Part shown: positions 11,001 to 22,737 of the stretch, in pieces
Layout of the letters: each line of letters begins with the position of its first letter
How positions within the stretch are numbered: position 1 is the stretch's first letter
Assembly (NCBI GenBank): GCA_949358305.1
Contig: OX442314.1
Span: 30,876,001 to 30,940,000, forward strand
Source: Strigamia acuminata
Lineage: Eukaryota
Direction of reading: 5' to 3'
Length of the DNA stretch: 64,000 bases
Made by a program: the position numbers and the translations under genes
The notes under the pieces: generated by a model
Seen by the model: the letters and a program-made list of their open reading frames with translations, nothing else
Told to the model about the DNA's origin: nothing
Databases searched by the model: none

Positions 11001-14000
11001 CCTTAACACCCAGATATCGATCATCTTGAGATTTCTCCTTCCATTCCCTCAATTTATCTTCCTCATCGCTGACTGTCGGCCTCGTAGTAAGCCGGCTCTC
11101 GCCATCACTCATCATTATCCCGCCACCGGAGGCCGGATTCTCCTTTGTGGGTTCTGCGGGGATTTTTTCGGTGGGTTCATCAACTCTTGTTTCCTCCTCG
11201 GTTAAAGCTGTCGGCACCAATGTTGTAACTATAATGTCGTTCGATCCGTCTTCCTCCTGCGATTCCTCCGACGGGCGCTCTCGTTGTTGACCGATGTCGT
11301 CCAATTCGTCATCGAACGATTCCACCGTGTCGTCGTCCTCTTCGAGAGAGAAAAAGGAATTCTCCGTCGCTGCGTCGACGTTTGTGCGGTTTAATAATTC
11401 AAGTTCATCTTCGAGGGTCTAAAAAAAAATTAATCAAGTCAGACATGTGTGGTTTCGGGGGTCGGTGAACTCACTCAGGGCCATCTTTTAATATTCCGCA
11501 AGGCCGATGCGTCTTTGTGACTTTACGAAGCCAAAATTTCAAATTTACATTAACTTTTCAGCAATTAAAAGACGTTTAAAGTAGGGTTTCTCTACCGGTA
11601 TTTACCGGTATCAAAAACCGGTATTTTTCAAGAAAATACCGAATACCGAATACCGTCTTTAGTTCGGTATTAGTACCGGTTTTTATAACACAAGTTAAAT
11701 GGGATTTTTTTAAACATAAAAATGCAAAATTATCGATTTTTTTAGCTTAAAAATCTGAATTTATCAATTTTTTTTAGCTTAAAACTTGAATTTATCGATT
11801 TTTATATGTAAAAATTAGAAATTAATTGATTTTTTACATATAAAAACGAAAATTTATCGATTTTTTTAACTTAAAAATGAGAATTTATTGATTTTTTAAC
11901 TTAAAAATGAGAATATATCGATTTTTTTTAACATAAAAATGAGAATTTATCAAATTTCTTAACTTAAAAAATCTTATAAACTCAATTTTTCAATTTAAAC
12001 AAAAAGACCTCTCAATTTCAACACCTGATAACAAAACAATCCCATATTCATCAAACTTCTACATCCCATTGTAAATAATATTTTTAAAAAAATAAACAAA
12101 AATTAAAATTAAAACATTATGATTAAAATAAAAACATTTAACATTGTAGCTATTTTATTTTACTTTATTACCGAAATATACCGGTTTACCGGTTTTTTGA
12201 ATATTGAATACCGAAATACCGGTTTTTCCAAAAGTCCCGATTTTGAGAAACCCTAGTTTAAAGCCATACTTTTTGGAAAAAAATTTTTAAAATTAAAACT
12301 TAACAACTCTCTACACGCTGTGTTTCGCTTCACTGCATTGCCAGTATTTCAATCACCGTGTGTTATTGGCGTTATGTACCCCCAGCGCCCCCTATGTAAA
12401 ATTAGCATATTAAAAAACACTTGCATCGGCTTGCGGACACCTTGACTGATTAACCCACTGCAAAAACGTGTACAACTAACTTCGGAGTTGCTATTTTTGA
12501 CTGCCCGAACACTTGGAGTTGACCACTGATTAGATGGCGATTCGGTCGCGTCGATTACACGGCTGCACACTGTAAGGAAATAAAAGAAGAAAAGAAAAAA
12601 TTAGCATGGAAGAATAAATTGGTTTGTTTTTCAAAGGGGAACAAGAAACTTAAGAAAAACAGCGATAAATTTCAGCGCGTTTGTTATTTGTTATCGAGAA
12701 GCACGGAGCTCGTGACGGGCATATCTAAAGTGTAGGAGTTTTATTTTATCGATCTAGCATTTTGTTTAAAGAAATATTGCGCAGACAAAACGCTGTAATA
12801 GGTTCACTGAACAACCCTCTTTAGAAAAGAGGGCCATGTGGTTTGGCTTGTTTGTGCAATCAGTGCAATGATAAAACGGTTGGTATGAAATGCGATTGTG
12901 TGCCGGATTGCTAATCATTGTTTTATTTGGAAATGTTTAAGTGTGGGCTGTTTGTTGTGTGTTGAGAGGTTTTTTTTTTCTTTCTTTTTTTAGTTTTGTA
13001 TGATTTTATTTTATTTTATTTTTATTTTATTTTTTGTTTTATTATTTATTTTATTATTTATTTATTATTCTCAAGATTTGTGTGTCCTTGATAAAAATGG
13101 TCAAATCCAGCAATGCGGGGATGGCAAACTGCCAAAGTCGACAAAGGCAAGTCGTTAAACTACTTACTAAATGGTAAATGCCAATTAAATTAAGAGAAAA
13201 TCGAAATTATTTTATTTTATCCCAAATTCATTACAAATAAAATAATATTTTTCATATTTAAAAAAAAAAAAAATATTGATAAAATAATATTTTTTTTTAA
13301 AAAAAATTATACATTACACGAGATATTATTCCGTCGTAAATAAATTGATCGAAACACTAAAACCGATGAGGAAAACACATCAAACCAGCGTTGTTTTTTT
13401 CCTATCTTTCAATATCGTGAAGTGCAGTGAAGCAAACCCCGAAAGCGGCCCTAATGCTTTTTATGTGCTGAAGCGGCTACAAATTCCTCAGAAATATCTC
13501 TTAAAAGTTTCTCATAAAATATTCATAAACCCTCCTTATCTTACCTTCAAAAATCCCACCCCCCATCATTAAATTAAAAAAAAAATTTCACTTCCCAACA
13601 TCAAACAATCTTAACTCTCCATTTTTACAATCGTCTGGTGACCTTCATTTGATCATTTCCCATCCAAAACAGCAAAAACAACTCGAAATAAGACACTTAA
13701 AACGCACACAACCCAAAGTAATTACATTCCCCTACTTGAACACGCCAAATAAATACGATACTGCCCCCCCATGCCCCCCCACACCCATCAAAACCAAAAA
13801 ACTCCACGTTTCCATCACGCATCCAACCAGTCTCAAATATCACCATCACTTATCTCGATTGAATGGAATTAGCACTTCCCTGCAATGCAAAAATCCCCAT
13901 TTTGTTTAACCAGGACCTCCCCAAATACATTTAACGAATTTATTTGCTTTCAACAATGCTTAATTAAGCCGTCATCACTTAGAAAAAAAATAAAAAAAAA

Positions 14001-14121
14001 AACCCGACCAAAAAAAAAAAAAAATTTTTTTCGATTTTCTTAAACAGCGAAAATTTTTCTTACCTTCGATGGAACAATGCACTAAGAAAACAATGAGCAA
14101 ACACGTCCTAAATCTCGCCAT
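8032..14121 (-). CDS. Secreted low-complexity protein of unknown function (7 exons, ~619 aa)
   Basis: Exons 14121-14064, 12569-12481, 11418-10701, 10631-10552, 9847-9399, 9257-8912, 8151-8032; all GT-AG with compatible phases, total 1860 nt. Signal peptide MARFRTCLLIVFLVHCSIEVCS; acidic N-half, N/H/P-rich middle, K/Q-rich and helical C-terminus. Confidence 0.8.
8334..8865. mobile_element. PIF/Harbinger-type MITE
   Basis: Perfect TIR GGGGCCGTCCATAAATTACGTAACGC / GCGTTACGTAATTTATGGACGGCCCC flanked by a TAA 3-bp TSD; located in intron 6 of the minus-strand gene. Confidence 0.9.
9955..10390. repeat. 31-bp minisatellite (AATGCAATTTTTGATAAAAATTTATGGATAG)n
   Basis: About 13-14 tandem units visible; intronic. 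Confidence 0.9.
11582..12255. mobile_element. hAT-type MITE
   Basis: TIR TAGGGTTTCTC / GAGAAACCCTA with a perfect 8-bp TSD GTTTAAAG (11574-11581, 12256-12263) and subterminal ACCGGT/TACCGAA repeats. The same host sequence without the insertion occurs at ~30400-30445. Confidence 0.9.
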
Positions 14122-14387
14122 AACGCTGAAATTCACAGCAATTCACAGGAGGCGATTAGTCAGCATCCTTCTCCCTTTTTCCTCTTCGCAAGCAGAATCT
14201 GACCCAAACCGCGCATGCGCCGCGAATTTTATTATCCCCTATTTCCCCACCTCGGCGCGCGAGGGCTCTGCCAACCCACGCACGGTGCCATCAAGTCGAG
14301 CAAAATCGTTCTGGGTGTGGCCACATCCATTCTTTGTTGTTTGACCGTTCGATCCAATTAATCCCGACCAATTTCGCGTCGCAAACA
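14122..14387. promoter_or_regulatory. Probable bidirectional promoter with an NRF1/EWG-like palindrome
   Basis: 266 bp between divergent ATGs (14121 minus, 14388 plus); CpG-rich; GCGCATGCGC at 14211-14220. Confidence 0.6.
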
Positions 14388-16770
14388 ATGGGTGTGAGCA
14401 CCAAGTCCGTCGACGAAGAGTCCGCGCCCCTGGACGACCAACGAGAAGACCAAAACGAGGCGAGCACTGATGGGAAGCCCGACGACGAAGCCAAGGAGGA
14501 AGAAACCCAAACACACGACGACAACGCCGTCGTCGTGGGCGGCCTGGAAGACACCAAAGACGGTTACCAGCCGCTCTTCACCCGCAAACCCGCCCTGCTC
14601 CGCTGCTGCATCGCCATTCTCGTCGTTTTCGTCATTCTCGTGCTCGCCGCGCTCATCGTGCTCATCGTGATCCCCGCATTGACGTCTTACTACACTCCGC
14701 CGATGCATTTGGGGGTGGTGAAGGTGCCCCAGCACCTCCGATCGACGCCGCCGTTCGACGAGCCGCGCAACTTGAGCATTCCGAAGGGGTTCGAGATCGA
14801 GGCGTACGCGAGCGTGCCGTCGGCGAGGTTCTTGCTGCCGCTGCCGAACGGAGATGTTTTGGTGTCGCAGCCGAGAGAAGGGAAGATCAGTTTGTTGCGA
14901 CGGCGGACGGAGGAGGAAGGAGAGGTGGTTAGGTCGGATTTTGCTACGGGACTTCATTTTCCACAGGATATGATTTTGTATAGTGATGAGAGGGGGGATA
15001 AGTATATTTACGTGGCTGAAGCGACGAGGGTTACGCGGCATTTCTATGAGGATGGGGATGTGAGGCTGTCGAGTTCTCAAGTGAAAATTGATTTGTTGGT
15101 TTTGTTGGTGCTTTTTTGGTGTGGGGAAATGTTTTGGAGGTGTTGGTAGGGGTTTGGGGGTATGGTTGGGAGGATTCGGCGGGGAAAGTCAAGTTTTGGG
15201 GTTAAGTTTGTCGTTTTTGCACGTAAGGATGCGGTTTTTTGTCAGAGATTATTATTTGCGGTTGGATTAATTGAAAACACTCATTTTGGGTCATAAAATA
15301 CAGTTTTTTGTCTTAAAAATCAATTTTTGCACCAAAATATGCAGGTTTTTGTCTTAAAAATCAATTTTTGCACCAAAATATATAGTTTTTTGTCTTAAAA
15401 ATCAATTTTTGCACCAAAATATATAGTTTTTTGTCTTAAAAATCAATTTTTGCACCAAAATATACAGTTTTTTGTCTTAAAAATCAATTTTTGCAACAAC
15501 ATATGCAGATTTTTTAAATTACAATTCAATTTTTGCTTAAAATATTCATTCTTTTGGCTTAAAATATTCATTCTTTTGGCTTAAAATCCAATTTTTTTTC
15601 ACCAAAACAAGCATTTTTTTGTAAAAAAAAAAAAAAATAATCAATTTTTGCATCAAAATATTCAGTTTTTTTCTCTTAAAAAATCAATTTTTCCCAAAAA
15701 CATGCATTTTTCTCTTAAAACTTAATTTTGCACTTCAAATTCCAATTTTTTCTTCTCACAAATCATTTTTGCATTTTTGCATTTTTGCATTTTTGCATTT
15801 TTCAAGTACACAATACAACAATACTCCTGAAAAAAAAATATGCCCCGTGCCGTACCAACTCTTACCACGACAACAAAGCACTGACATAAATACTAATTCC
15901 ATTATTAAAATGATAACAACTCACTAATAAAATATTCCTATTTCACAGAACGTCGTTACCAACCTGCCCTATGCACTCGACGACGAAAATCCATACAAGG
16001 GCATCGCCATAGGAAACGGCACACTATACGTATCGATCGGCAGTTCGACCGATTCCAACCCAAACGAGCTGACCAAAGACCCAAAACGAGGCTCTGTCTA
16101 CGCCTACCGTGCTTCCGGAGGCCAGCGACGACTTATCTCCGAAGGAATTCGATCGGCAGAGGGCCTGGCCTTCTTCCCCGACACCAACGACCTCTGGGCG
16201 GTCGTCAAACAGAGAAAAAACATCAAATATCCTTTCAAAGACACCAAATACGGCATTTTAGACCCGGAATTCGTTGATTTCAATCCCCCGGAAGAATTCA
16301 GTCGGGTCATCGAAGGCGAAAACTACGGCTGGCCGTACTGCAATCCGAATTTTAAGATCTCGAAAGGCCGCGACATTAAATACGTCGCAGACGTGGAGGC
16401 GAATCCGGACGAGCAGGAAGTGAAATGCTCGAGTTTTCGTCAAATCGATTTCCCGCTTCCGCCCCACACGGTTCCGCTGGGACTCACGTTCTGGGCGGGC
16501 GAGAACGTGCCGAAAGATTACAAGAACGGGGCGTTGGTGGCTTTGTACGAGGTTAATTCGAAGACCGGGGAAGGGAACAGTATTATTTTTCTGCCCTGGG
16601 ATTACGAGAAACCCGTGTATTACTTTAATCTGGTCACGGGATGGGTTTTGGATCTGCAAACGAAGGAGAGATGGGGGCGACCGGTCGACACGGCCGTGCT
16701 TCAAGATGGCAGCCTTTTGATTTCCGATGATATGTACGGAGCTGTTTATCGACTTTATAAGAGGGATTGA
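14388..16770 (+). CDS. Type II membrane protein with a glucose/sorbosone dehydrogenase-like (PQQ-dependent six-bladed beta-propeller) domain, paralogue A (~504 aa)
   Basis: Exons 14388-15080 and 15949-16770 (phase 0). Acidic N-tail, TM helix (IAILVVFVILVLAALIVLIVIPAL), then PFDEPRNLSIPKGF, ARFLLPLPNGDVLVSQP, LYVSIGS, PEEFSRVIEGENYGWPYC, PHTVPLGLTFW, WGRPVDTAVLQDGSLLISDD..GAVYRL. Confidence 0.85.
15295..15790. repeat. AT-rich ~42-bp minisatellite and derived short repeats
   Basis: Units GTCTTAAAAATCAATTTTTGCACCAAAATAT..., followed by (TTTTGCA)n; intronic. Confidence 0.8.
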
Positions 16771-17429
16771 GTGGTTTTTTGTGAGGGAATAATGAAAATA
16801 GTTGTAAAAACAATTGAAATAACGTTAGGTTGAGGATTTTGGCGTTGGTTATCGAGTTGTTGGTGCGAAATTTTGGGGGGAAAATGGCGGATTGGTGTTA
16901 TATCGGTATTTCGATGTTTACGGTGGTTTTCGTTATTTGGTATTTGATATTTACACAGTGATATCGCATTTTGTTTATAGATCGTGTGTATTTCAATCGC
17001 TTTTTTGTTTGTTTTTTTGTGATGTTTATATGAAAATATTCAGTGTTTTCATGTATATTTTGTAATATTTCTTCGCATTCCACCATGTTGTGTACTAAAA
17101 ATCATAAAATGTCGGATTACAGATTTTTGGAAAGATTTGTATGTTTCTACACTACCTGTTCTTACGTATCATAAAAATCGTTTAATATTAATAATCTTCA
17201 TCGTCTTGACACTGCCCGAAAATTTCAATAAAGAATTAATTTTGTATATTTTATAAAATCACATCTGAAAAAAAGAAAATATAAATATATATGTATATTA
17301 TGACATGTGTATATTTTTCAAAAAAAAGTGCTTGATGTAGATGTAGTTATTATATTTTTTCATTTCAATAAAATATAAATTACTGAAAGAAACCACAGAA
17401 AATTCGGAATCTTGGATATTTGTCTTGAA

Positions 17430-18005
17430 TTGAATTTTTTTGGTCCAATATTCAATTTTTTGGCCTTAAATTGGATTTTTTTGGTTTTTAATTGGGTTAT
17501 TTGGCCTTAAATTGTATTTTTCGGCTTTAAATTGGATTATTTGGTCTTGAATTGAATTTTTCGGTCTAACATTGTATTTTTTTGGTTTAAAATTGGATTC
17601 TTTTGGTTTAAGATTGAATTTTTTGGCTTGAAATTGGATATTTTGGCCTCAAATTGGATATTTTGGCCTCAAATTGGATATTTTGGCCTCAAATTGAATT
17701 TTATTGCCTAAAATCGGATTTTTTTGCCTAAAATCGGTTTTTTTTTGCCTAAAATCGGATTTTTTTTGCCTAAAATCGGTTTTTTTTGTGCCTAAAATCG
17801 GATTTTTTTTGCCTAAAATTGAATTTCTTGGCCTAAAATTGAATTTTTTGGCCTAAAATTGAATTTTCTGACCTAAAATTGAATTTTTGGGCCTAAAATT
17901 GAATTTTTTGGCCTAAAATTCGATTTATTTTTTTTGCCTAAAATTCGATTTTCTTGCATAAAATTGAATTTTTTTGGCATAAAATAAAATTTTTTTGGCC
18001 TAAAA
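17430..18005. repeat. ~20-bp minisatellite (GCCTAAAATTGAATTTTTTG)n
   Basis: Many degenerate tandem units between the two dehydrogenase-like genes. Confidence 0.85.
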
Positions 18006-18383
18006 AATTAAAAACAAAAATTTTATTCCAAACATTCAAATTTATTTCTCCACATTTTAACAATTCCACATTTTAACAATTCCACAAACTTTCCCCACAA
18101 AACTCACAAACTTTCCTCTTTTCAATTTCTCCCCTTCAAATAAAACTCAAAACACATTTCCCCCTCACCCAGCGAGGTCGATTCGATTCCCCACCCAATC
18201 CCACGCATGCGTGATCAACCCCATCAGGCACAATCCTCCCTCTAGCCAACGCACAAACAGAAGTACACAACACCTTGGTACCAGGGCGGGGCCGCTCCAC
18301 ATATCTATTCGCAGGATTTTCAAACATTCCCAACGCCCCGCTCAGCCCGACCGCCGACCCACATCAACCCAAACGCATTCATC

Positions 18384-21063
18384 ATGGCATCTGGCGGCGA
18401 AGAGGAAGACATACCGTCTACCGAGATTCCAAGGCCACTCCACAAGCGGAAAAACCTCGCTCTCCGCCTGCTCTGCGCCCTCATTCTCCTCGCCATCATC
18501 CTGCTGTTTATTGCCATCATCCTCGTGCTCGTGCTGGCGCCGACGCACTCGTCCGACGAGGACGGCGAGCACTCGACTCTCGCCTGGGTGGACCTGCAAG
18601 TGCCGCCCGAACTCGAGTCGGTTTTCCCGTTCAACCAGACTCGCCAGCTGCAGGTTCCGCCCGGATATGATATCGCCGCTTATGCACATGTGCCTTCAGC
18701 CAGATTTCTTCTCGCTCTACCTGGTGGTGATGTTCTCGTATCACGGCCGGAGGAGGGCAAGATTAGTCTTTTAAGGAACCCGCAGTTCAGAGCGCGTGCG
18801 GCTCAACCTGTGGAATTTGCGGCGGGGTTGGAGATGCCGAATGATATGGTGCTGCACACCGATGGCAGAGGGGATCAATATCTCTATGTTTCGCAAGCTA
18901 CGCGCGTTACTAGGCACCTGTATGTCAAAGGAGACACGGCCATCAGGACTCCATATGTAATTGGTTGATTTGGTTGAGAATTTGATGGTTTTGGGGTTGG
19001 GAGGATTGGTTTTTGTGGAGGGGGTTTTGTTTGGTTGTTTGGAAGGTTGTTGGTCAGAAAAATTAGAAGGAAAAAGTGGAAAAAAGTGCAAAATTTTTTT
19101 AGAAATGCAAAATTTTATGGCAAAAAATTTCAAAAATTGCAACAAAAGCAGAAAAAGTACAAAAAAATACAAGAATTCCTAGAAATTGCAAAAAATTGAA
19201 AAATTGGAAACAATTGGAAAAATTGGAAAAAATTGCAAAAACTGCAAAAAATTGCAGAAATTGGAAAAAAACTGCAAAAAACTGCAAAATTGCAAAAAAA
19301 ATGCAAAAAAAATGCAAAAAATTGCAAATAAAAGCAAAGAATTGCAAGAAAGAAAACGTAAGCAAATACTTATGTGTTACATACACATAATTAAAGTTGT
19401 GTAACATGTAAATATTTGTTTTTTTGTAAACAACATTAATATTCTATGAATGAATTTATTTTTTAATGTGTTTACGTAATTATAATTGAGGACACACGAT
19501 TCAGGAAATAATATATTCATCATTACGGACTCTCAATCACCCAAAAAAAAAACTAAATGGTTTATTTGGTCAACAATTTTCCAATTTTCTTAATTAAAAA
19601 TTCCTGGAAAAACTTTTCAGACAAACACTTAAAACACTCAGCATTCCCACATGCTTAAAAAATACATTGCAGTGTATTTTGAAATACAATGGGTTTCACA
19701 AGACTTCATCTTTCAATATTTTTGCACGCTATCGATTAACAAATGATAATACATTTTGTAAACTACATATACAGGGTGGTTCAAAAAGTCTGGTTCACAG
19801 TAAATAATTCCCAAACCGTTTTAGATGTTGATTAAGCAAAATGATTGTAAGGGTAGTATGTCGGGGGAAATCCAATTATGACATCCAATTTGACCTCTGA
19901 GGTCATCTTCAAGGTCATCTATATTGTAACTCGAGAACCGTGACAGATAGAGCAAAAAAGTGAATTAGAAAGTTGTAGAGCATCATCCAATTAGTCTAGA
20001 ACTGTTCTTAAAAAAATTATTTCTTACTGAAAAGTTTTGAGAAAAAAGGTCTGAAACGGTCATTAGGGCGACTCTTAATCGGTAAACTACGGTATTCGTC
20101 AAATATAGCATTTATTCATGATACATGTTATGATAACAATTTGTTGTTGTGCAAACACAACAGGATATAGTATCTAAAACTGCAAAACTTCTTCCCTTAT
20201 AAAATAATTACCTAATATTATCCTTCTATATCTCGCAGGTTATCGTTGACGATCTGCCTTATTCACGCCGAGACCTCCATCCCTACAAGAGCATCGCAAT
20301 CGTAAACGAAACCCTCTACGTATCAATCGGCAGCACCTTAGACGCAAATCCGACCGACCTACAAACCGAACCCAAAAGAGGAGCAATCTACGGCTACCAA
20401 CTCACCGGCGAAAGACGCCGCCTCATAACATCCGGGCTCCGAAACGTCGGAAACCTCGCTGTTGCCCCCAACACCAACAACCTATGGGCAGTCGTCAGCC
20501 AGCGCGACAACCTCACTTACCCGCACAAAGGCAAAAACTACGGCAACTACGACATCGCCTTTCGATTCGACAACCCAGTCGACGAATTCGTCCAAATCGT
20601 CGAAGGCGAGAACTACGGATGGCCTCACTGCAACCCGATTCTCAAGAACAAGAACTACGGCTCGCCCGAATACGTGCCCGATTACGATTTCAACAGAGAC
20701 GAAAAAGCCGTTCCGTGCTCGTCGAAGCGAAACGTCGATGCCGGCATCAGACCGCATTCGAAGCCGTTGGGACTGACGTTCTGGACCGGAGAAAAAGTGA
20801 AAAAGGATTTCAACTCTGATGTCATAGCCGTGGTTGCTTTAAACGATAACGCTTACTGGGGAAACAAGGTTATTTATTATCCTTGGCGCGCAAACAAACC
20901 GGAAGTCACTCCGTCTGATCTCGTGTCCGGGTGGGTAAGAACTCGAAATACGGACACCCGGTGGGGCCAACCGGCAGACATCGCAGTATTGGACGAGGAA
21001 AGCATACTGATATCTGATAATTACGTTGGTGCCATTTATAAACTCTATAGAAAATTGCATTAA
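18384..21063 (+). CDS. Type II membrane protein with a glucose/sorbosone dehydrogenase-like domain, paralogue B (~465 aa)
   Basis: Exons 18384-18956 and 20239-21063; same phase-0 intron position as paralogue A. TM helix LLCALILLAIILLFIAIILVLVLA; motifs LHPYK, LYVSIGS, SGLRN, WAVVSQRDN, EGENYGWPHC, PHSKPLGLTFW, WGQPADIAV...ISDN..GAIYKL. Confidence 0.85.
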
Positions 21064-22737
21064 TTTTTGTTTGTCCTATTTGATGTTATGTTTCTGGCTC
21101 ATGTATATTCATTTATTCATAATCCCACAGTATTTATTTATACGCTCATTATACTGTACATTCCATTTCATTAATTTTAAAGCGAGTTAGGTCATGAATG
21201 AAGGTGTGCCTTGTGCTTTATAATCTCTTAATTGCAATCATTCTAGCACGATATTTTGAATATGAGTGCGGGCAATTTTTCTACTTTGAAAAAAAAAGTG
21301 TCTGACACTTTGCCATGTGTTATTTATTTTGTCACATACATTCCAGCTTAAATGAAATGTAAAATATTTATTAAGACCATTATTTAAATTAAAAATGCCA
21401 ATTAAATATTAATGGATATATACAATTTTTTAAATGTACTATTTTATAACACACGGGGAAGTGATGATGATGTTTTAGTGTAATCAATTTAAAAAAAATA
21501 AAAAATTGTTGTTTATTTATGGATTATTCGAGTTTTTTTTTGTTCACAATGATTAATTCGCGCCTTTTTTCTCGCTCGACGTTTGTTAACGACCCATAAA
21601 CAACCCATGAAATAGAATTTTGCATTACCGTAGCTAGGCGATAACACAGTGAACGCACAACCCCTAGACAACCGCAATAAAGATATAATAATCCCAAACT
21701 GTGTGTTCTCTGTGTTTGTACTTAATCGTGAATGGTGTCCAAACATCCCGTGTTAATTAATAATCAACAAATTCCAGCTAATTTCGGCTAATTTTCTATC
21801 GTTCTGCTTTTGCATACAAAAAGAATCTGTATCTAGGCCGAGTTTCCGTCATAGTTGATCCAAGTTCAATTCCCATTTTAATTATGCAACTATAAAAAAA
21901 TAAAATAAAAATATCTCTTGAATCAGTAATTTACCTCAAACCTCTCACATAAATAGGATTGATGTTTTGCTTTGTTCACAATGATTAATTCACATCTTTT
22001 TTCTCGCTCAGCCTTCAGACATTCAGATTGCAGATGGTTTCCTTGTGATGTTATCAGTTGCTAATAAACAACTCATGAATTACAAACTGAAAATTGGAAT
22101 GCGTGACTTCAGATTTTTATTATTCATTACATTGCACTTTTAATTCAAATCTGCAATTGCTAGGTACGACTGAAAAATAAAGCGTTTACAATACCGACTG
22201 GGTCGATGGCCCTCTGTACATACCGCGCTTAACCGGTACATAAAAGTTTAAAAATATTTTGATGGAAATCTTTAAAATACAGATACCAAAGACGGAATAT
22301 TATTCATTTAAAAGATCAAATTTGCATTGTAATATTTTAAATTTTAGCTGACTTATAGAATATCTTACATCTTATACATTTTAAATTAGATAAAATAGAA
22401 ATTTTGCATTTACCACATATTGTACTTGACTGTTGTACACACCATCTTAACACTGCAAAAAGCAATGCAAATAATAAACAGATGTTTTGGTATTGATTTA
22501 AAAAATGTATAGGAATGAAAAATGTACAAATTCTACATGATAACATTTAAAAAAATTATTATTATTGTGAATGTGAATGAATGAAATATTTTAAATAGAT
22601 ATTCTTATAGGATAACAAAATGCAAAAATACTGTTGTCATTTCTCATTTCAGGAACTAATTATTAGTATAAGCAGTTTCAGTTATACCGCTACTGAAGGT
22701 TCGTAAAGGCTTTGCAATGGTATTGTGGGTTTTATTA

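Noticed and set aside
18961..19407. K/N/C- and F-rich ORFs (also 42977-43408 and 47599-48146)
   Set aside because: Translations of AT-rich minisatellites in introns or intergenic DNA.
14388..21063. Bacterial contamination as the source of the dehydrogenase-like genes
   Set aside because: Both genes have spliceosomal introns containing host-type repeats and are contiguous with intron-rich animal genes.
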